From positions 1 to 56,589 of the IMG/VR virus record IMGVR_UViG_3300049893_000970: a stretch of DNA of 56,589 nucleotides; one strand, 5' to 3'. The DNA is from a virus (lineage: Duplodnaviria; Caudoviricetes). Below are positions 1-9,664 of this stretch, one piece after another; the first letter of the stretch is position 1, and every line of letters begins with the position of its first letter. Made by a program: the position numbers and the translations under genes. The notes under the pieces are model-generated. The model was not told the origin of the DNA, did no database searches, and was given only the letters and a program-made list of their open reading frames with translations.

Positions 1-127
1 TGGGCCCATCGGGCAGGTTGGGTTGGAACCGACACCAGCCGAATACGTGGAGCGGCTCGTCGCGATCTTCGCGGAGGTCCGTCGCGTGCTCACCGCCGGC
101 GGAACGCTCTGGCTCAACCTCGGGGAT
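1..127. repeat. Terminal direct repeat, identical to 56463-56589 (circularity; probable assembly overlap)
   Basis: Exact 127-nt match at both ends; falls in the middle of a gene. Confidence 0.95.
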
Positions 128-967
128 TCCTACGCTCAGGGAAGCAAGGGCAACTCTGGCGCGATCCGACCAGGGGACAAGCAGGGCACGAATATTGGAT
201 CACTCGCTACCCGTCGCGGCAGCGGGCTGGGACCGAATCGCACCGGAGGCACCAAGGGCTTCTGCAAGCCGAAGGACCTCGTCGGCATCCCGTGGCGAGT
301 CGCGTTCGCTCTACAAGACGACGGGTGGTGGCTTCGCTCGGATGTCATCTGGGCCAAGCCGAATCCCATGCCCGAGTCTGTCACTGATCGTCCTACGAAG
401 GCGCACGAGTACGTATTCCTATTCGCCAAGAACGAGCGGTACTACTTCGGGCAGGACGATCTACGTGAGCCCGCAGCATGGGAACGTTGGGGCGATCAGA
501 CGACGCCGAAATACAACGGCACGGATACGGGCGCTGGTTGGATCAAGCCTCGCACGAAGGCTGAACTCACGCCCGCGCGTCGCAAGCCCCTGATCCCCGA
601 GCAGACGAAGGCAGGGGTCGGGACGCAAGGCTTCGGGTCGGAGACGTTCGGCCACTGGGCAGACGAACGCGGGCGAAACGTGCGGACGGTGTGGACGATC
701 GCCACGGAGTCGTACCCCGAGGCGCACTTCGCCGTTTTTCCGCAAGAACTCGCTCGTCGCATGATCCTTGGAGGCTGTCCATCAGGCGGCACGGTTCTCG
801 ACCCCTTCGGCGGGTCAGGGACAACGGCGCTGATGGCAAGGAAACTCCACCGTCGAGCGGTCCTAATCGAACTGAACGAGGACTACTGCAAGCTCGCCGC
901 TGACCGCCTGAGTCAGCAGAGCTTGTTTGCAGATGTGGCCTCTAACCAAGAGCGTGAACCGTCGTGA
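1..967 (+). CDS. Beta-class DNA methyltransferase, 3' part
   Basis: LWLNLGD, WAKPNPMPES, HFAVFP and the SAM-binding VLDPFGGSGTT motif. Confidence 0.92.
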   Translation, partial: GPIGQVGLEPTPAEYVERLVAIFAEVRRVLTAGGTLWLNLGDSYAQGSKGNSGAIRPGDKQGTNIGSLATRRGSGLGPNRTGGTKGFCKPKDLVGIPWRVAFALQDDGWWLRSDVIWAKPNPMPESVTDRPTKAHEYVFLFAKNERYYFGQDDLREPAAWERWGDQTTPKYNGTDTGAGWIKPRTKAELTPARRKPLIPEQTKAGVGTQGFGSETFGHWADERGRNVRTVWTIATESYPEAHFAVFPQELARRMILGGCPSGGTVLDPFGGSGTTALMARKLHRRAVLIELNEDYCKLAADRLSQQSLFADVASNQEREPS

Positions 968-1195
968 TGCGCCGTCTGATTGGAGGAGCTAAGCAACTAG
1001 CCGCGCGGCTCGGGGCGGGTGGGTCCCGCAGAGCGAGGGAGGCTGCGGCCGTTACTACCTCGCTCACCACCGGCTCCTCCAATGAGACGATCAGCGTGTC
1101 TATCCAAGATAGGAGCTCTCCGAGGCCATCCCACCCGCCTATACCAAGTTCATCGGAGAAGCCCTCATGGCTCACCTGAAGGCGACGGTGGTGGC

Positions 1196-1822
1196 GTGAC
1201 GCGCGAGGAGCTTGCAGCGCTGAAGGAGGACTCGGAGACATGGTGGCGCGTCGAAGCCGTACTCCACGACTACTGGTTCGCCCAGGAGAACATGCGGCCT
1301 GAGGAGGCCGTGCGGCGTCTCTTAGAGCAGTTCGATACTGAGCGCAGGTGGATCGAGGCAGCCCGCGACTGGTACCGCGATCACCGAAGCTCGAAGGGTG
1401 GCATCTATGACGAGGGGACGTGGGGCGATCCCTTCGCAGTACCGGGGGAGGCCGAGATGCCAGTCTCGTCGGCTGATCTGTCGGAGTCGAGCGGAGCGAC
1501 CGCTACATCGCCCGTGTCCTCCCCCGTCACGCTACCGCTGTTCGCGTGTCGGCATTGCGGCGTGTTCGTCTACTCGCCGCCGATCCCGCACCGTGGAGGC
1601 GAGCCGGGGCCATCGTGCGCCGAGGAGAGCTGCGACTCGCAGCAGTTCGTGGATGCGTTCGTCGCTGCTCGGCTTGCCGCTGCGGAAGAGGCGCTGCTGA
1701 CCTGCCGTCACTACCTGCTTGAAGACGCCAACGGCGAGACGAGCGAGGGCGATTACTACGAGGCGCTGAACGCCACGGAGATCGCTACCTCGAATCCAGC
1801 GATCAGTCAGGACACGCCATGA
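1196..1822 (+). CDS. Hypothetical mosaic protein with a CxxC motif
   Basis: Probable GTG start at 1196 (MTREEL); Ser-rich linker then ACRHCG. Confidence 0.55.
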   Translation: MTREELAALKEDSETWWRVEAVLHDYWFAQENMRPEEAVRRLLEQFDTERRWIEAARDWYRDHRSSKGGIYDEGTWGDPFAVPGEAEMPVSSADLSESSGATATSPVSSPVTLPLFACRHCGVFVYSPPIPHRGGEPGPSCAEESCDSQQFVDAFVAARLAAAEEALLTCRHYLLEDANGETSEGDYYEALNATEIATSNPAISQDTP

Positions 1823-1880
1823 GACTCGTGGAGACACCGCTCGTCGCGCTACGCTAACTCACGCGCGCGCGCGACCCACC

Positions 1881-2408
1881 ATGCCGAGAGCATCCCTCCA
1901 GAACCCCGCCCGCTCACCCGTCCCGCTGTTCGGCGAGGAGCACTCCGAGGAGCAGTGGCAGGAGTACCTGGACGAACGGCGCAGGGGCATCACGCCAGAC
2001 CTGGCTGCCCGCGCCATCGGCCTGACGGGATCGCGGATGCGGGCGTTCCTGCACCGCGAGCCTGAGCGCGCACGGCAGGCGGAGGAGGCTTCCGCCGAGG
2101 GTGCGACGCACTACCAGGAGCGGCTGAAGGCGACGGCACGCGTGCTCGCGCTCGACACGCAGAACCCGAACCCGCGCGTGCTGGAGGTCGAACTCGCCAC
2201 GCACGTCCCGGGCTACGAGCACCTGCGCCGCGACCGGGTGAAGCACGAGGGCCACGTCACGCACGGCATCGTCATCGACCTGGACCCGGAGAAGCTAGAC
2301 GCGCTCCCCGTCGAGCGGCTGCAGATGCTGCGCGACGTGCTGGCGGAACTCGACGGCGACGTGATCGACGCCGAGGCCGCCGAGATCCGCGAGCTACCTG
2401 CGGCGTGA
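1881..2408 (+). CDS. Putative terminase small subunit
   Basis: 175-aa helical protein with an HTH-like N-terminal half, lying upstream of terL. Confidence 0.65.
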   Translation: MPRASLQNPARSPVPLFGEEHSEEQWQEYLDERRRGITPDLAARAIGLTGSRMRAFLHREPERARQAEEASAEGATHYQERLKATARVLALDTQNPNPRVLEVELATHVPGYEHLRRDRVKHEGHVTHGIVIDLDPEKLDALPVERLQMLRDVLAELDGDVIDAEAAEIRELPAA

Positions 2409-2410
2409 CG

Positions 2411-2685
2411 ACGTTCACCTCTCGGAACCTCTCGAATCCGAGAGGTATGACGGTTCACCTCTCGCTACCTCTCGCATTCGCAGAGGTACGCCGAGGTACC
2501 TCGCGCACGACGGAGGTACCTCTTCGAACCTCGGCGAATCGGAGAGGTTCGCGTAGGTACCTCGCACCACCTCTCGACTTCCGCGAGGTACGCCGAGGTA
2601 CCTCCCGAACGTCGGTGGGTACCTCTCGCTACCTCTCGAAAGTCGGGAGGTTCGCCGAGGTATGACGAGCCTGGCCGAGGTACGC
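2411..2685. repeat. Helically phased ACCTC/GAGGT repeat array (candidate pac/TerS-binding site)
   Basis: 12 ACCTC and 10 perfect plus 2 near GAGGT copies on a ~10.2-bp lattice. Confidence 0.85.
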
Positions 2686-4341
2686 GCGGAGATCGACGCC
2701 GCCCTGCTGCGCCGCGAGACGGGCGAGCAGCTAGCGGAGGAGGCTGCTCGGCTGGCCGGGAACTTCCGTGAGTTCATCTACGCCGCGTGGCCGTCGCTCG
2801 GGTACCGCCCGCTCGTCCCGTCCTGGCACATCGACGCGCTCGCCGATCACTACCAGGCTGCCATCGACCGCTGGCTGACGCGGCTCATCATCACGATCCC
2901 TCCTGGCTACCTGAAGTCCACGATCTTCAGCGTGCTCGGCCCGGCGTGGGCGTGGACGCACCGGCCGTCGGAGCAGATCGTGAGCGCATCCCACTCCGAC
3001 GACCTCGCCACGCGCGACACGCGCCGCTCGCGCGCGGTGATGCAGACCGCGTGGTATCAGGCGCGGTGGGGGTCGCTGTGGACGTTCTCCGGCGACGAGA
3101 ACCTCAAGACGCGCTACTCGAACGACCAGGGCGGGCATCGCGTCAGGACGCACGTGGGCGGCGGCACGGGCGACCGCGGCTCGATCCTGCAACTCGACGA
3201 CCCGCACAACGCGCAGGAGGCGCACTCGGAGGTGCAGATGCAGGCCGCGCTCGACTGGTGGGGCGAGACGTGGGCGTCGCGCCTCGACGACTCGGTCGGC
3301 GATCTCGGCGTGAAGATGGTCATCGGGCAGCGCATCTCCGAGAAGGATCTGATCGGCCACCTGCTCTCGAACGACGAGGACGCCGGGCGCTGGACGCACC
3401 TGTGCCTGCCTGTGCGCTACGAGCGGAAGCACCCGTTCGTCTACCCGGCGAAGCGCGTCGTCGGTGGACGCACGCTGAAGGGCGATCCGCGCAAGCGCGA
3501 CGGCGAACTGCTCGCGCCCGAGTACATGGACGAGGAGCGGCTCGCCGACCGCACGGCGGAGATAAGCGAGCACACCATCGCCGCGCAGTACCAGCAGCGG
3601 CCCGCCCCGCGCGAGGGGCTGATGCTGCGACGTGCGAACTGGCGCTACTACGACCCGGACCTGAGCTACTACGCGCCGCGCGGGTCGTTCGGACCGGCGC
3701 AGGTGCTGGAGCTTGCCTCGCGCATCGGAGCGTTCCACCTGATCGTCCACTCCTGGGACACGTCGGTGAAGGACCGCGCGCACTCCGACTTCGTGAGCGG
3801 GCAGACGTGGGGCTGCGTCCGTGCGCATCGCTACCTGCTGCGGCTGGTGCATGAGCGCATGGCGCTGAACGCGACCATCGAGGCGATGGTGAACCTCGCG
3901 CAGTGGGCGGCTCCGCTGTGGCCCGGCTGCCCGCACTACACGGTGATCGAGAACTCGGCGAACGGCCCGGACGCAGCAGCGGAGATCCGCTCGCGCGTGC
4001 AGGGCGTGACCCTCAGCGACGCGAAGGGGTCGAAGGAGGTTCGCGCCGACACCGCCTCGCCCGCGCTCGACGGCTTCAACTGCTTCCTGCCGGGGTACGC
4101 GAGGGCGGACGGCTCCAGCTACGACGAGCGCACGCCAGCGGCAGTGCAGCGCTTCGTGGAGGAACTCAGCGTGTTCAACGGCGGGCAGCACGATGACCAG
4201 GTGGACGCCTGGTCGAGCATGGTGATCTGGACGCGCGACCGGACCGGCAGCGTGACGATGAGCGTGCCGAGCGGGCGCGCGGAGTCACCGCGCTTCCGTA
4301 CGTCGGAGCAGTCCACGGCGCTCAGGCCGTCGCTGCGATGA
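2662..4341 (+). CDS. terL: Terminase large subunit
   Basis: IPPGYLKST (Walker A-like), LQLDDPH (Walker B), YQQRP, SWDT and HDDQVDA nuclease motifs. Confidence 0.95.
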   Translation: MTSLAEVRAEIDAALLRRETGEQLAEEAARLAGNFREFIYAAWPSLGYRPLVPSWHIDALADHYQAAIDRWLTRLIITIPPGYLKSTIFSVLGPAWAWTHRPSEQIVSASHSDDLATRDTRRSRAVMQTAWYQARWGSLWTFSGDENLKTRYSNDQGGHRVRTHVGGGTGDRGSILQLDDPHNAQEAHSEVQMQAALDWWGETWASRLDDSVGDLGVKMVIGQRISEKDLIGHLLSNDEDAGRWTHLCLPVRYERKHPFVYPAKRVVGGRTLKGDPRKRDGELLAPEYMDEERLADRTAEISEHTIAAQYQQRPAPREGLMLRRANWRYYDPDLSYYAPRGSFGPAQVLELASRIGAFHLIVHSWDTSVKDRAHSDFVSGQTWGCVRAHRYLLRLVHERMALNATIEAMVNLAQWAAPLWPGCPHYTVIENSANGPDAAAEIRSRVQGVTLSDAKGSKEVRADTASPALDGFNCFLPGYARADGSSYDERTPAAVQRFVEELSVFNGGQHDDQVDAWSSMVIWTRDRTGSVTMSVPSGRAESPRFRTSEQSTALRPSLR

Positions 4342-4378
4342 CCGCCGCGTCCGTCGCTAGCCTCGGTGGTCGTGCCTG

Positions 4379-4782
4379 ATGAAGCGGAAGCGGTGGCTGG
4401 TGGAGCCTCGCCGGACGTTCAAGCAGTCGTCCGACCCGCTGTACGACGAGCACGTCCGAGAGATGTGCGCGGCGTGGGATATCCGTCGACGGGCAATGCG
4501 GAGTTCGGAGGGCGCACCCTCAACGCCCTCAGCCGCAAGGTCGAGGTCCCGTTCCCCGGCACCCACGACGGCGTCCACCCGCCGATCACGCAAGCCGAGC
4601 GGCGGCGAGTCGAGCAGTTCATCGGCTGCACCATCGAGCAGTCCTACTCCGAGTTCACCGTCGAGTTGAAGAATGCCCTGCACCGGATGCTCGCCGACAT
4701 CGCCAACGTCGATCACTCCCGGCCTGCTCGCCACCGTGGGCATCGCAGCCGCGAGCGGTACAGCAAGTGGAAGGTGAGTTGA
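4379..4782 (+). pseudogene. Hypothetical gene with an apparent frameshift near 4500
   Basis: High-GC3 codon usage switches from the 4379 frame (MKRKRW...) to the 4366 frame (EFGGRTL...) near 4497-4502. Confidence 0.5.
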
Positions 4783-4783
4783 C

Positions 4784-5467
4784 GTGATCGCGGTCATCGT
4801 CCCGGCGCTCGGACGCCCGGAGCGCGTGGCACCCCTGCGGGCTTCGCTGGACGCGGCTGCGACGGTCCCGACGACACTGCTCTACGTCATCAGCCCAGAC
4901 GACGACGCGACGAGGGACGCGTGTGACGCCGCTGGCGTGGCGCACGCCACGACTCCGTTCCCGCTCGCAGGCGGCGACTACGCGAGGAAGATCAACCTGG
5001 GCATCGACCTCACCCGCGACGCGTGGATATTCCAGGCGGGCGACGACATCAAGTTCCACCGCGGGTGGGACACGACCGCACTGGCCGTGGCCGAGCGCTC
5101 CGACGCGGCTGGCGTGATCGGGACGAACGACCTCGGAAACCCGCTGGTGAAGTCCGGCCGCCACTCGACGCACTCGCTCATCTCGCGGGAGTACGTGGAG
5201 GTCTGGGGCACCATCGACGAGCCGGGCAAGGCGCTGCACGAGGGCTACTGGCACTGCTGGGTGGACAACGAACTGATCGAGACCGCGAAGTCGCGCGGCG
5301 CGTACTTCGCCGCCCGCCGATCCATCGTCGAGCACATGCACTGGGTCTGGCACAAGGGCGCGAAGGACGCCACGTACCAGCGCGGGCAGGAGCGCTACCA
5401 CGAGGACCACCTGCTGTTCATGCAGCGCAGAGCCTTGTGGCGTGGTGGCAGAGTGGTATCGTCTTGA
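4784..5467 (+). CDS. GT2-like glycosyltransferase
   Basis: IAVIVPALGRP start, AGDD (DxD-like), DNE and VEHMH motifs. Confidence 0.85.
   Translation: MIAVIVPALGRPERVAPLRASLDAAATVPTTLLYVISPDDDATRDACDAAGVAHATTPFPLAGGDYARKINLGIDLTRDAWIFQAGDDIKFHRGWDTTALAVAERSDAAGVIGTNDLGNPLVKSGRHSTHSLISREYVEVWGTIDEPGKALHEGYWHCWVDNELIETAKSRGAYFAARRSIVEHMHWVWHKGAKDATYQRGQERYHEDHLLFMQRRALWRGGRVVSS
5435..5462 (+). promoter_or_regulatory. Putative promoter TTGTGG-N16-TATCGT for a near-leaderless Arc-like gene
   Basis: AGTGG precedes the -10 as in the other copies; ATG is 8 nt downstream. Confidence 0.45.
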
Positions 5468-5470
5468 CAC

Positions 5471-5707
5471 ATGCCTGGCTTCACGCTCCGGCTTACCGAC
5501 GAGCAGCACGCCGCGCTCACCGCTGACGCGAAGCGGAACAGTCGCTCGCTCCAGGGCGAGGTCATCCATCGGCTGTTCCCTCCAGCAGACACCCCGGAGA
5601 GCGTGGCTGAGAAGCTGCAGGCAGCCCGGTCTGTGCTCGACGCCGCAGAGCGGCACTTCCGCCCGGACCCGAAGCCGCAGAAGGTCGAGAAACCGAGGCG
5701 TCGGTGA
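5471..5707 (+). CDS. Arc-like ribbon-helix-helix DNA-binding protein
   Basis: FTLRLTDEQHAALTADAKRNSRSLQGEVIHRL matches the Arc family pattern. Confidence 0.85.
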   Translation: MPGFTLRLTDEQHAALTADAKRNSRSLQGEVIHRLFPPADTPESVAEKLQAARSVLDAAERHFRPDPKPQKVEKPRRR

Positions 5708-5988
5708 GCGCGTCCGAGAAGCCGAAGGTAACGCCCTGGGTCGAGCCGGAGCTTCTGAATGGATGGACGACTCCGGAGGGCTTCCAGCCGCCTCGCTATC
5801 GGCTCGCCTACGACGGAGAGGCACTCGACCTCTCCGGGATCGCCGAGCCAGGAGATGCGGGCCTTCCGATCTTTCGACTTCCTCCGGACCTCTCCAGGTT
5901 CTTCGGGGTCGAGGCCCCGGGGTGGTTCGGCGGAAGCTTCGCCATCGACGAGGAGGGCTATGTCTACGTGAAGGCGCTGCCGTCGTGA
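5704..5988 (+). CDS. Hypothetical protein
   Basis: Overlaps its neighbours at both ends (GTGA coupling at the 3' end). Confidence 0.6.
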   Translation: MSASEKPKVTPWVEPELLNGWTTPEGFQPPRYRLAYDGEALDLSGIAEPGDAGLPIFRLPPDLSRFFGVEAPGWFGGSFAIDEEGYVYVKALPS

Positions 5989-6506
5989 GGACGCTGCTCA
6001 TCGCTCCACACGCCGACGACGAGACGCTGTTCGCCAGCTTCCTCGCGCAGCGCCATGCCGCCCACATCCACGTCGTCTACGACGAGGGGCGCGAGGACGA
6101 ACTGCGGGCGGCGACCGCGTGGCTCGGCTGCACCTGCTCGCAGGGCAACGTCCCGAAGGGGGCGAGCGAGGACGTGGTCGAGGCGGCGCTGATCGGGCTG
6201 CGCGACCCGAGCGGCGCGGACGACTGGGACCTGGTGATCGCTCCGTCTGAGGACGTCGCCGGACACGAGGAGCACAACATCGTGGCGCGGCGTGCCTGGG
6301 AGACGTTCGGCGACCTGGAGATCATTCAGTACCGGACCTATGCCCCGCGAGGCTCGCGCTCGGTCGGCGTGCCCCTGGAGCCGGACCGCCCCTCGTTCAT
6401 CGCGCGCAAGCTCGCCGCGCTCTCCTGCTACCGCTCGCAGATCGAGGACCCGGCGACCCGGCCCTGGTTCTACGATCTGCTCGACCTCAGGGAGTGGATC
6501 GCATGA
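5985..6506 (+). CDS. PIG-L/LmbE-family N-deacetylase
   Basis: APHADDE, GHEEH and KLAALSCYRSQ motifs; GTG start at 5985. Confidence 0.9.
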   Translation: MRTLLIAPHADDETLFASFLAQRHAAHIHVVYDEGREDELRAATAWLGCTCSQGNVPKGASEDVVEAALIGLRDPSGADDWDLVIAPSEDVAGHEEHNIVARRAWETFGDLEIIQYRTYAPRGSRSVGVPLEPDRPSFIARKLAALSCYRSQIEDPATRPWFYDLLDLREWIA

Positions 6507-6955
6507 AGGTTCTCGCAGCAGCATTCGGCACCGCCGCGCTCGCCGTGAGCGGCTTCCTCGTGGCCGACCGGGCAGGCGTGGTCTCGCTCACCGGGAGCAC
6601 CGCGACGACCGTGTCCGTCCCGGCTCCGCAGAACCTGCGCGTGGTCGAGGCCGGGGAGACGACCGTGAAGGTGAGCTACGGCCCGAGCGTGGTCGGCCCG
6701 CTCCGCATCGCCCCGTTCGACAACGGCAAGGGCGCGAAGATCACGTGGGCGGGATCGACGGACGCGCTCTACCCGCTCGGCATCACCTACATGGCGAGCA
6801 AGAACGGGAAGGACCTGTGGGCGGCGAACAAGGCGCAGACGTACGCGAACGTCGGCTTCACGCTGGCGGTGCGGAAGTTCACGACATGCGTGGTGCCGCA
6901 CTCAACCTCAGGCTTCGGACCCAAGCGGTGCGTGACCTGGACGGCACCGCCGTGA
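6503..6955 (+). CDS. Secreted beta-rich (fibronectin type III-like) protein
   Basis: Signal-like N-terminus; PAPQNLRVV...TTVKVSY. Confidence 0.55.
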   Translation: MKVLAAAFGTAALAVSGFLVADRAGVVSLTGSTATTVSVPAPQNLRVVEAGETTVKVSYGPSVVGPLRIAPFDNGKGAKITWAGSTDALYPLGITYMASKNGKDLWAANKAQTYANVGFTLAVRKFTTCVVPHSTSGFGPKRCVTWTAPP

Positions 6956-7061
6956 GCCTCGGAGGCGGTCGCTGGTTCCTCTGGATCGGCCGCACGGGCT
7001 TCGGCTTCCGCGTGCGCTGGATCGAGTTCCAGTTCTACTGGTACGGCGTGAAGGGTCGGCG

Positions 7062-7616
7062 ATGACGCTCCACGAGTTGGAGCGCGAGTCGATCCGCGCC
7101 TTCGTCCGCTCGGCAGCAGACGAGGGCTACCTCTCCGGGCGCGTGCTCGACTACGGCTGCGGGAAGCAGCCCTACCGACCCATCGTCGAGGCGGCGGCTG
7201 GCGAGTACATCGGCTTCGACAGTGCCAGCTTCCCCGGCTCCGTCGTGTCCGAGGAGATCGGCCCGGAGGAGGACCGCGTGCTGTACCCGTTCGAGGAGTA
7301 CGACGCGATTCTCTGCACGCAGGTCGTCCAGTACCTCCCGCTCGCCCGCAACTCGGGCTACACGCACCACTGGCCGCTGATCCTGTGGGAGTGGAAGGCC
7401 TCGCTCGCTATCGACGGGCTGCTCGTGATGACATACCCGACGAACTGGCCCGAGGTCGAACCCGAGGACCTCCACCGCTTCACGAAGGCGGGCATGGCGC
7501 GGCTGCTGACCGAAGCAGGCTTCACCATCGTGCGCCATGAGGTGCGCGGATATCACGACACCAAGTTGAGTTACGCCAGCCTGGCGCTGGGCTACGGGGT
7601 GGTGGCCCGGGCATGA
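7062..7616 (+). CDS. Class I SAM-dependent methyltransferase
   Basis: VLDYGCGKQPY, YDAILCTQV, DLHRFT. Confidence 0.9.
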   Translation: MTLHELERESIRAFVRSAADEGYLSGRVLDYGCGKQPYRPIVEAAAGEYIGFDSASFPGSVVSEEIGPEEDRVLYPFEEYDAILCTQVVQYLPLARNSGYTHHWPLILWEWKASLAIDGLLVMTYPTNWPEVEPEDLHRFTKAGMARLLTEAGFTIVRHEVRGYHDTKLSYASLALGYGVVARA

Positions 7617-8101
7617 CCGTCGTCATCGACGTGGGCTGCGCGCGGCACGGCGGCGACTACTCCATCGAGCGGCTCATCGAGGAATACGACCCGCATGAGT
7701 TGTACGGCTTCGACCCGACCCTCGATGTCTCGACGTGGCCGACACCGATGCCTGACCGCCCAGTGATGTGCCTGCGAACAGTCGCCGCCTGGACCTACGA
7801 CGGCGAGGTCGGCTTCCGCGCGGATGGCCTCAACTCTTGGGTCACAGAACTGCGAGGCGCTCCGAAGGTGCCGTGCGTGGACCTCGCCCGCGTGGTGCGC
7901 GAGGTGGCGATACCCGACCACCTCGACGTGATCCTCAAGCTCGACGCCGAGGGCAGCGAGTACGACCTGCTCCGGCACCTGATGGCGACCGAGACGGACA
8001 GGCTTCTGACGCTCGCCGTGGTCGAGTGGCACGAGCCGGACCGAGGCCGCGCGCTGATCGAGGAGCAGTTCGCCGCGCCGATCAAGGAGTGGCCGTACTG
8101 A
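7613..8101 (+). CDS. FkbM-like methyltransferase
   Basis: IDVGCA, LKLDAEGSEYDLL, VEWH. Confidence 0.85.
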   Translation: MTVVIDVGCARHGGDYSIERLIEEYDPHELYGFDPTLDVSTWPTPMPDRPVMCLRTVAAWTYDGEVGFRADGLNSWVTELRGAPKVPCVDLARVVREVAIPDHLDVILKLDAEGSEYDLLRHLMATETDRLLTLAVVEWHEPDRGRALIEEQFAAPIKEWPY

Positions 8102-8694
8102 ACGTCGCGGCGATCATCGTCACGCGCGGAGACCAGGACCTCGCCATCCGCGAGCGCATCCTGCCGTCGCTGCCCGAGGAGTGGGAGTGGCACGTGTGGG
8201 ACAACGAGGTCGAGGAGGACCTCGCCGTGTACGGGCGCTACGCCGCCATCCAGTGGACGGACGCCGAGTTGATCTACGTCCAGGACGACGACTGCGTGGT
8301 GAGCGATCCGAGGGCCATCGTGGACGCGTGGCGCGAGTGGCATGGGCGCGGCATCCCGAACGGCCACGTCGTCTGCAACATGCCGCAGGAGTTCCGGCAC
8401 GACTTCTACGAGGACCACGCGCTCGTCGGCTTCGGAGCAGCGTTCCACCGGGACGCGCCGCAGCGGGCGTTCGCTCGCTTCTTCGGCTCCGACACGGGCA
8501 ACCTGATCACGCGCGACCTCCAGCACTACTACCGCTGCTGCGACGTGGTGTTCACCGGCCTCACGCCGCGCGTGCTCGTCGACGTGCCATACGAGAACCT
8601 CCCGCACGCGTTCTATGAGACGCGGATGTGGAAGCAGCCCGAGCACCAGGCCGAGCGCGCGCGGATGCTGGACCTGGTCAGGCAACTCGCGTGA
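8098..8694 (+). CDS. GT-A fold glycosyltransferase-like protein (CTG 8098 or GTG 8089 start)
   Basis: IYVQDDDC DxD motif; NVAAIIVTRG N-terminal strand. Confidence 0.7.
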   Translation: MNVAAIIVTRGDQDLAIRERILPSLPEEWEWHVWDNEVEEDLAVYGRYAAIQWTDAELIYVQDDDCVVSDPRAIVDAWREWHGRGIPNGHVVCNMPQEFRHDFYEDHALVGFGAAFHRDAPQRAFARFFGSDTGNLITRDLQHYYRCCDVVFTGLTPRVLVDVPYENLPHAFYETRMWKQPEHQAERARMLDLVRQLA

Positions 8695-8912
8695 CCGCAG
8701 AGATCGACTACGTGGGCGTACGCGAGTTCGTGGCGCTGATCCTCGCGCAGCGGTGGGAGCCGCGCGGCGCGAACGAGTACATCCGCCTGTCGATGATGCC
8801 GGGACTGTTGCCGCCCCTTCCCGCCGGGATCCTGCTCGACAGGACGTACGGGTTCGACCCCGACGGGATGATGGATGTGCGGCTCAAGCGGCTGCGTGGC
8901 TGGCGGCTGTGA
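8691..8912 (+). CDS. Hypothetical protein
   Basis: GTGA-coupled at both ends. Confidence 0.55.
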   Translation: MTAEIDYVGVREFVALILAQRWEPRGANEYIRLSMMPGLLPPLPAGILLDRTYGFDPDGMMDVRLKRLRGWRL

Positions 8913-9664
8913 ACGTCGAGATCATCTTCACCGCCTGGAACCGGCTCGCCTTCACCGAGGCGAGCTTCCGGCTGCTCGGCGAGAACACCGATTGGGAGCG
9001 GGTGGACAGGCTGGTCGTCTACGACGATGGCTCCGAGGACGGCACGCGCGAGTTCCTGGAGGTCGCTGGCGCTGACGTGGGCGTGCCGGGATACGAGATC
9101 CGGGACGGCGGCTGGCGCTCGCTCGGCGCGACGATGAACGACGCCATCGCGCTCACCGAGGCGGACGCGATCATCAAGATCGACAACGACATCGCGCTGC
9201 CTCCGGGCTGGCTGGAACGCCTGCTCGCCGTGGCCGAGCGCCACCCGAAGTACGCCCTGATCGGCATGGAGGCGGGCTGGACCGGGAGCTACGTGGGTCT
9301 GCGCCGACCGCGCGAGTACGCGATCACGAAGGCTCGGCACATCGGCGGCATCGGCCTCATGCGCGTACGCGCCTTCGAGACGCGCCGTCCGCTGCCGCTC
9401 TCGCTCGGCAAGAACGGCCGGGCCGGATTTACGATCTGGCAGCACCGCTACCACGTCCCGGCGGGATGGGTGACACCCGATCTGCCGGTGGTGCAGTTCG
9501 ACCGCATCCCGGTCGAGCCGTGGGCCAGCCTCTCGCATCACTACGTCGAGGCGGGGTGGGCGCGCCCGTGGCCGCCGTACGAGCACGACATGGCTCCGTG
9601 GTGGGACTGGATCCCGAGCGAGGTGCAGCAGCAGGCAGAGCACGCGGTGAAGGCGCTGGCATGA
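8909..9664 (+). CDS. GT2 glycosyltransferase
   Basis: TAWNRL, VYDDGSEDGT, KIDND. Confidence 0.9.
   Translation: MNVEIIFTAWNRLAFTEASFRLLGENTDWERVDRLVVYDDGSEDGTREFLEVAGADVGVPGYEIRDGGWRSLGATMNDAIALTEADAIIKIDNDIALPPGWLERLLAVAERHPKYALIGMEAGWTGSYVGLRRPREYAITKARHIGGIGLMRVRAFETRRPLPLSLGKNGRAGFTIWQHRYHVPAGWVTPDLPVVQFDRIPVEPWASLSHHYVEAGWARPWPPYEHDMAPWWDWIPSEVQQQAEHAVKALA

Noticed and set aside
1-127. Biological direct terminal repeat
   Set aside because: 127 nt equals a common assembler k-mer and it splits a gene, so it is treated as a circular overlap.
964-1179. 71-aa ORF after the methyltransferase
   Set aside because: Ser-rich with atypical codon usage and no motif; not enough support to list as a gene.
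2411-2685. CRISPR array, or real proteins from ORFs 2405-2665 (+) and 2415-2777 (-)
   Set aside because: No constant 25-40-nt repeat with unique spacers; the ~10.2-nt period is not codon-compatible and the translations are low complexity.
2731-4191. Long minus-strand ORFs (also 17171-18673, 27030-29252, 34522-36285, 39043-40587)
   Set aside because: Antisense shadows of high-GC3 plus-strand genes, with no recognisable motifs.
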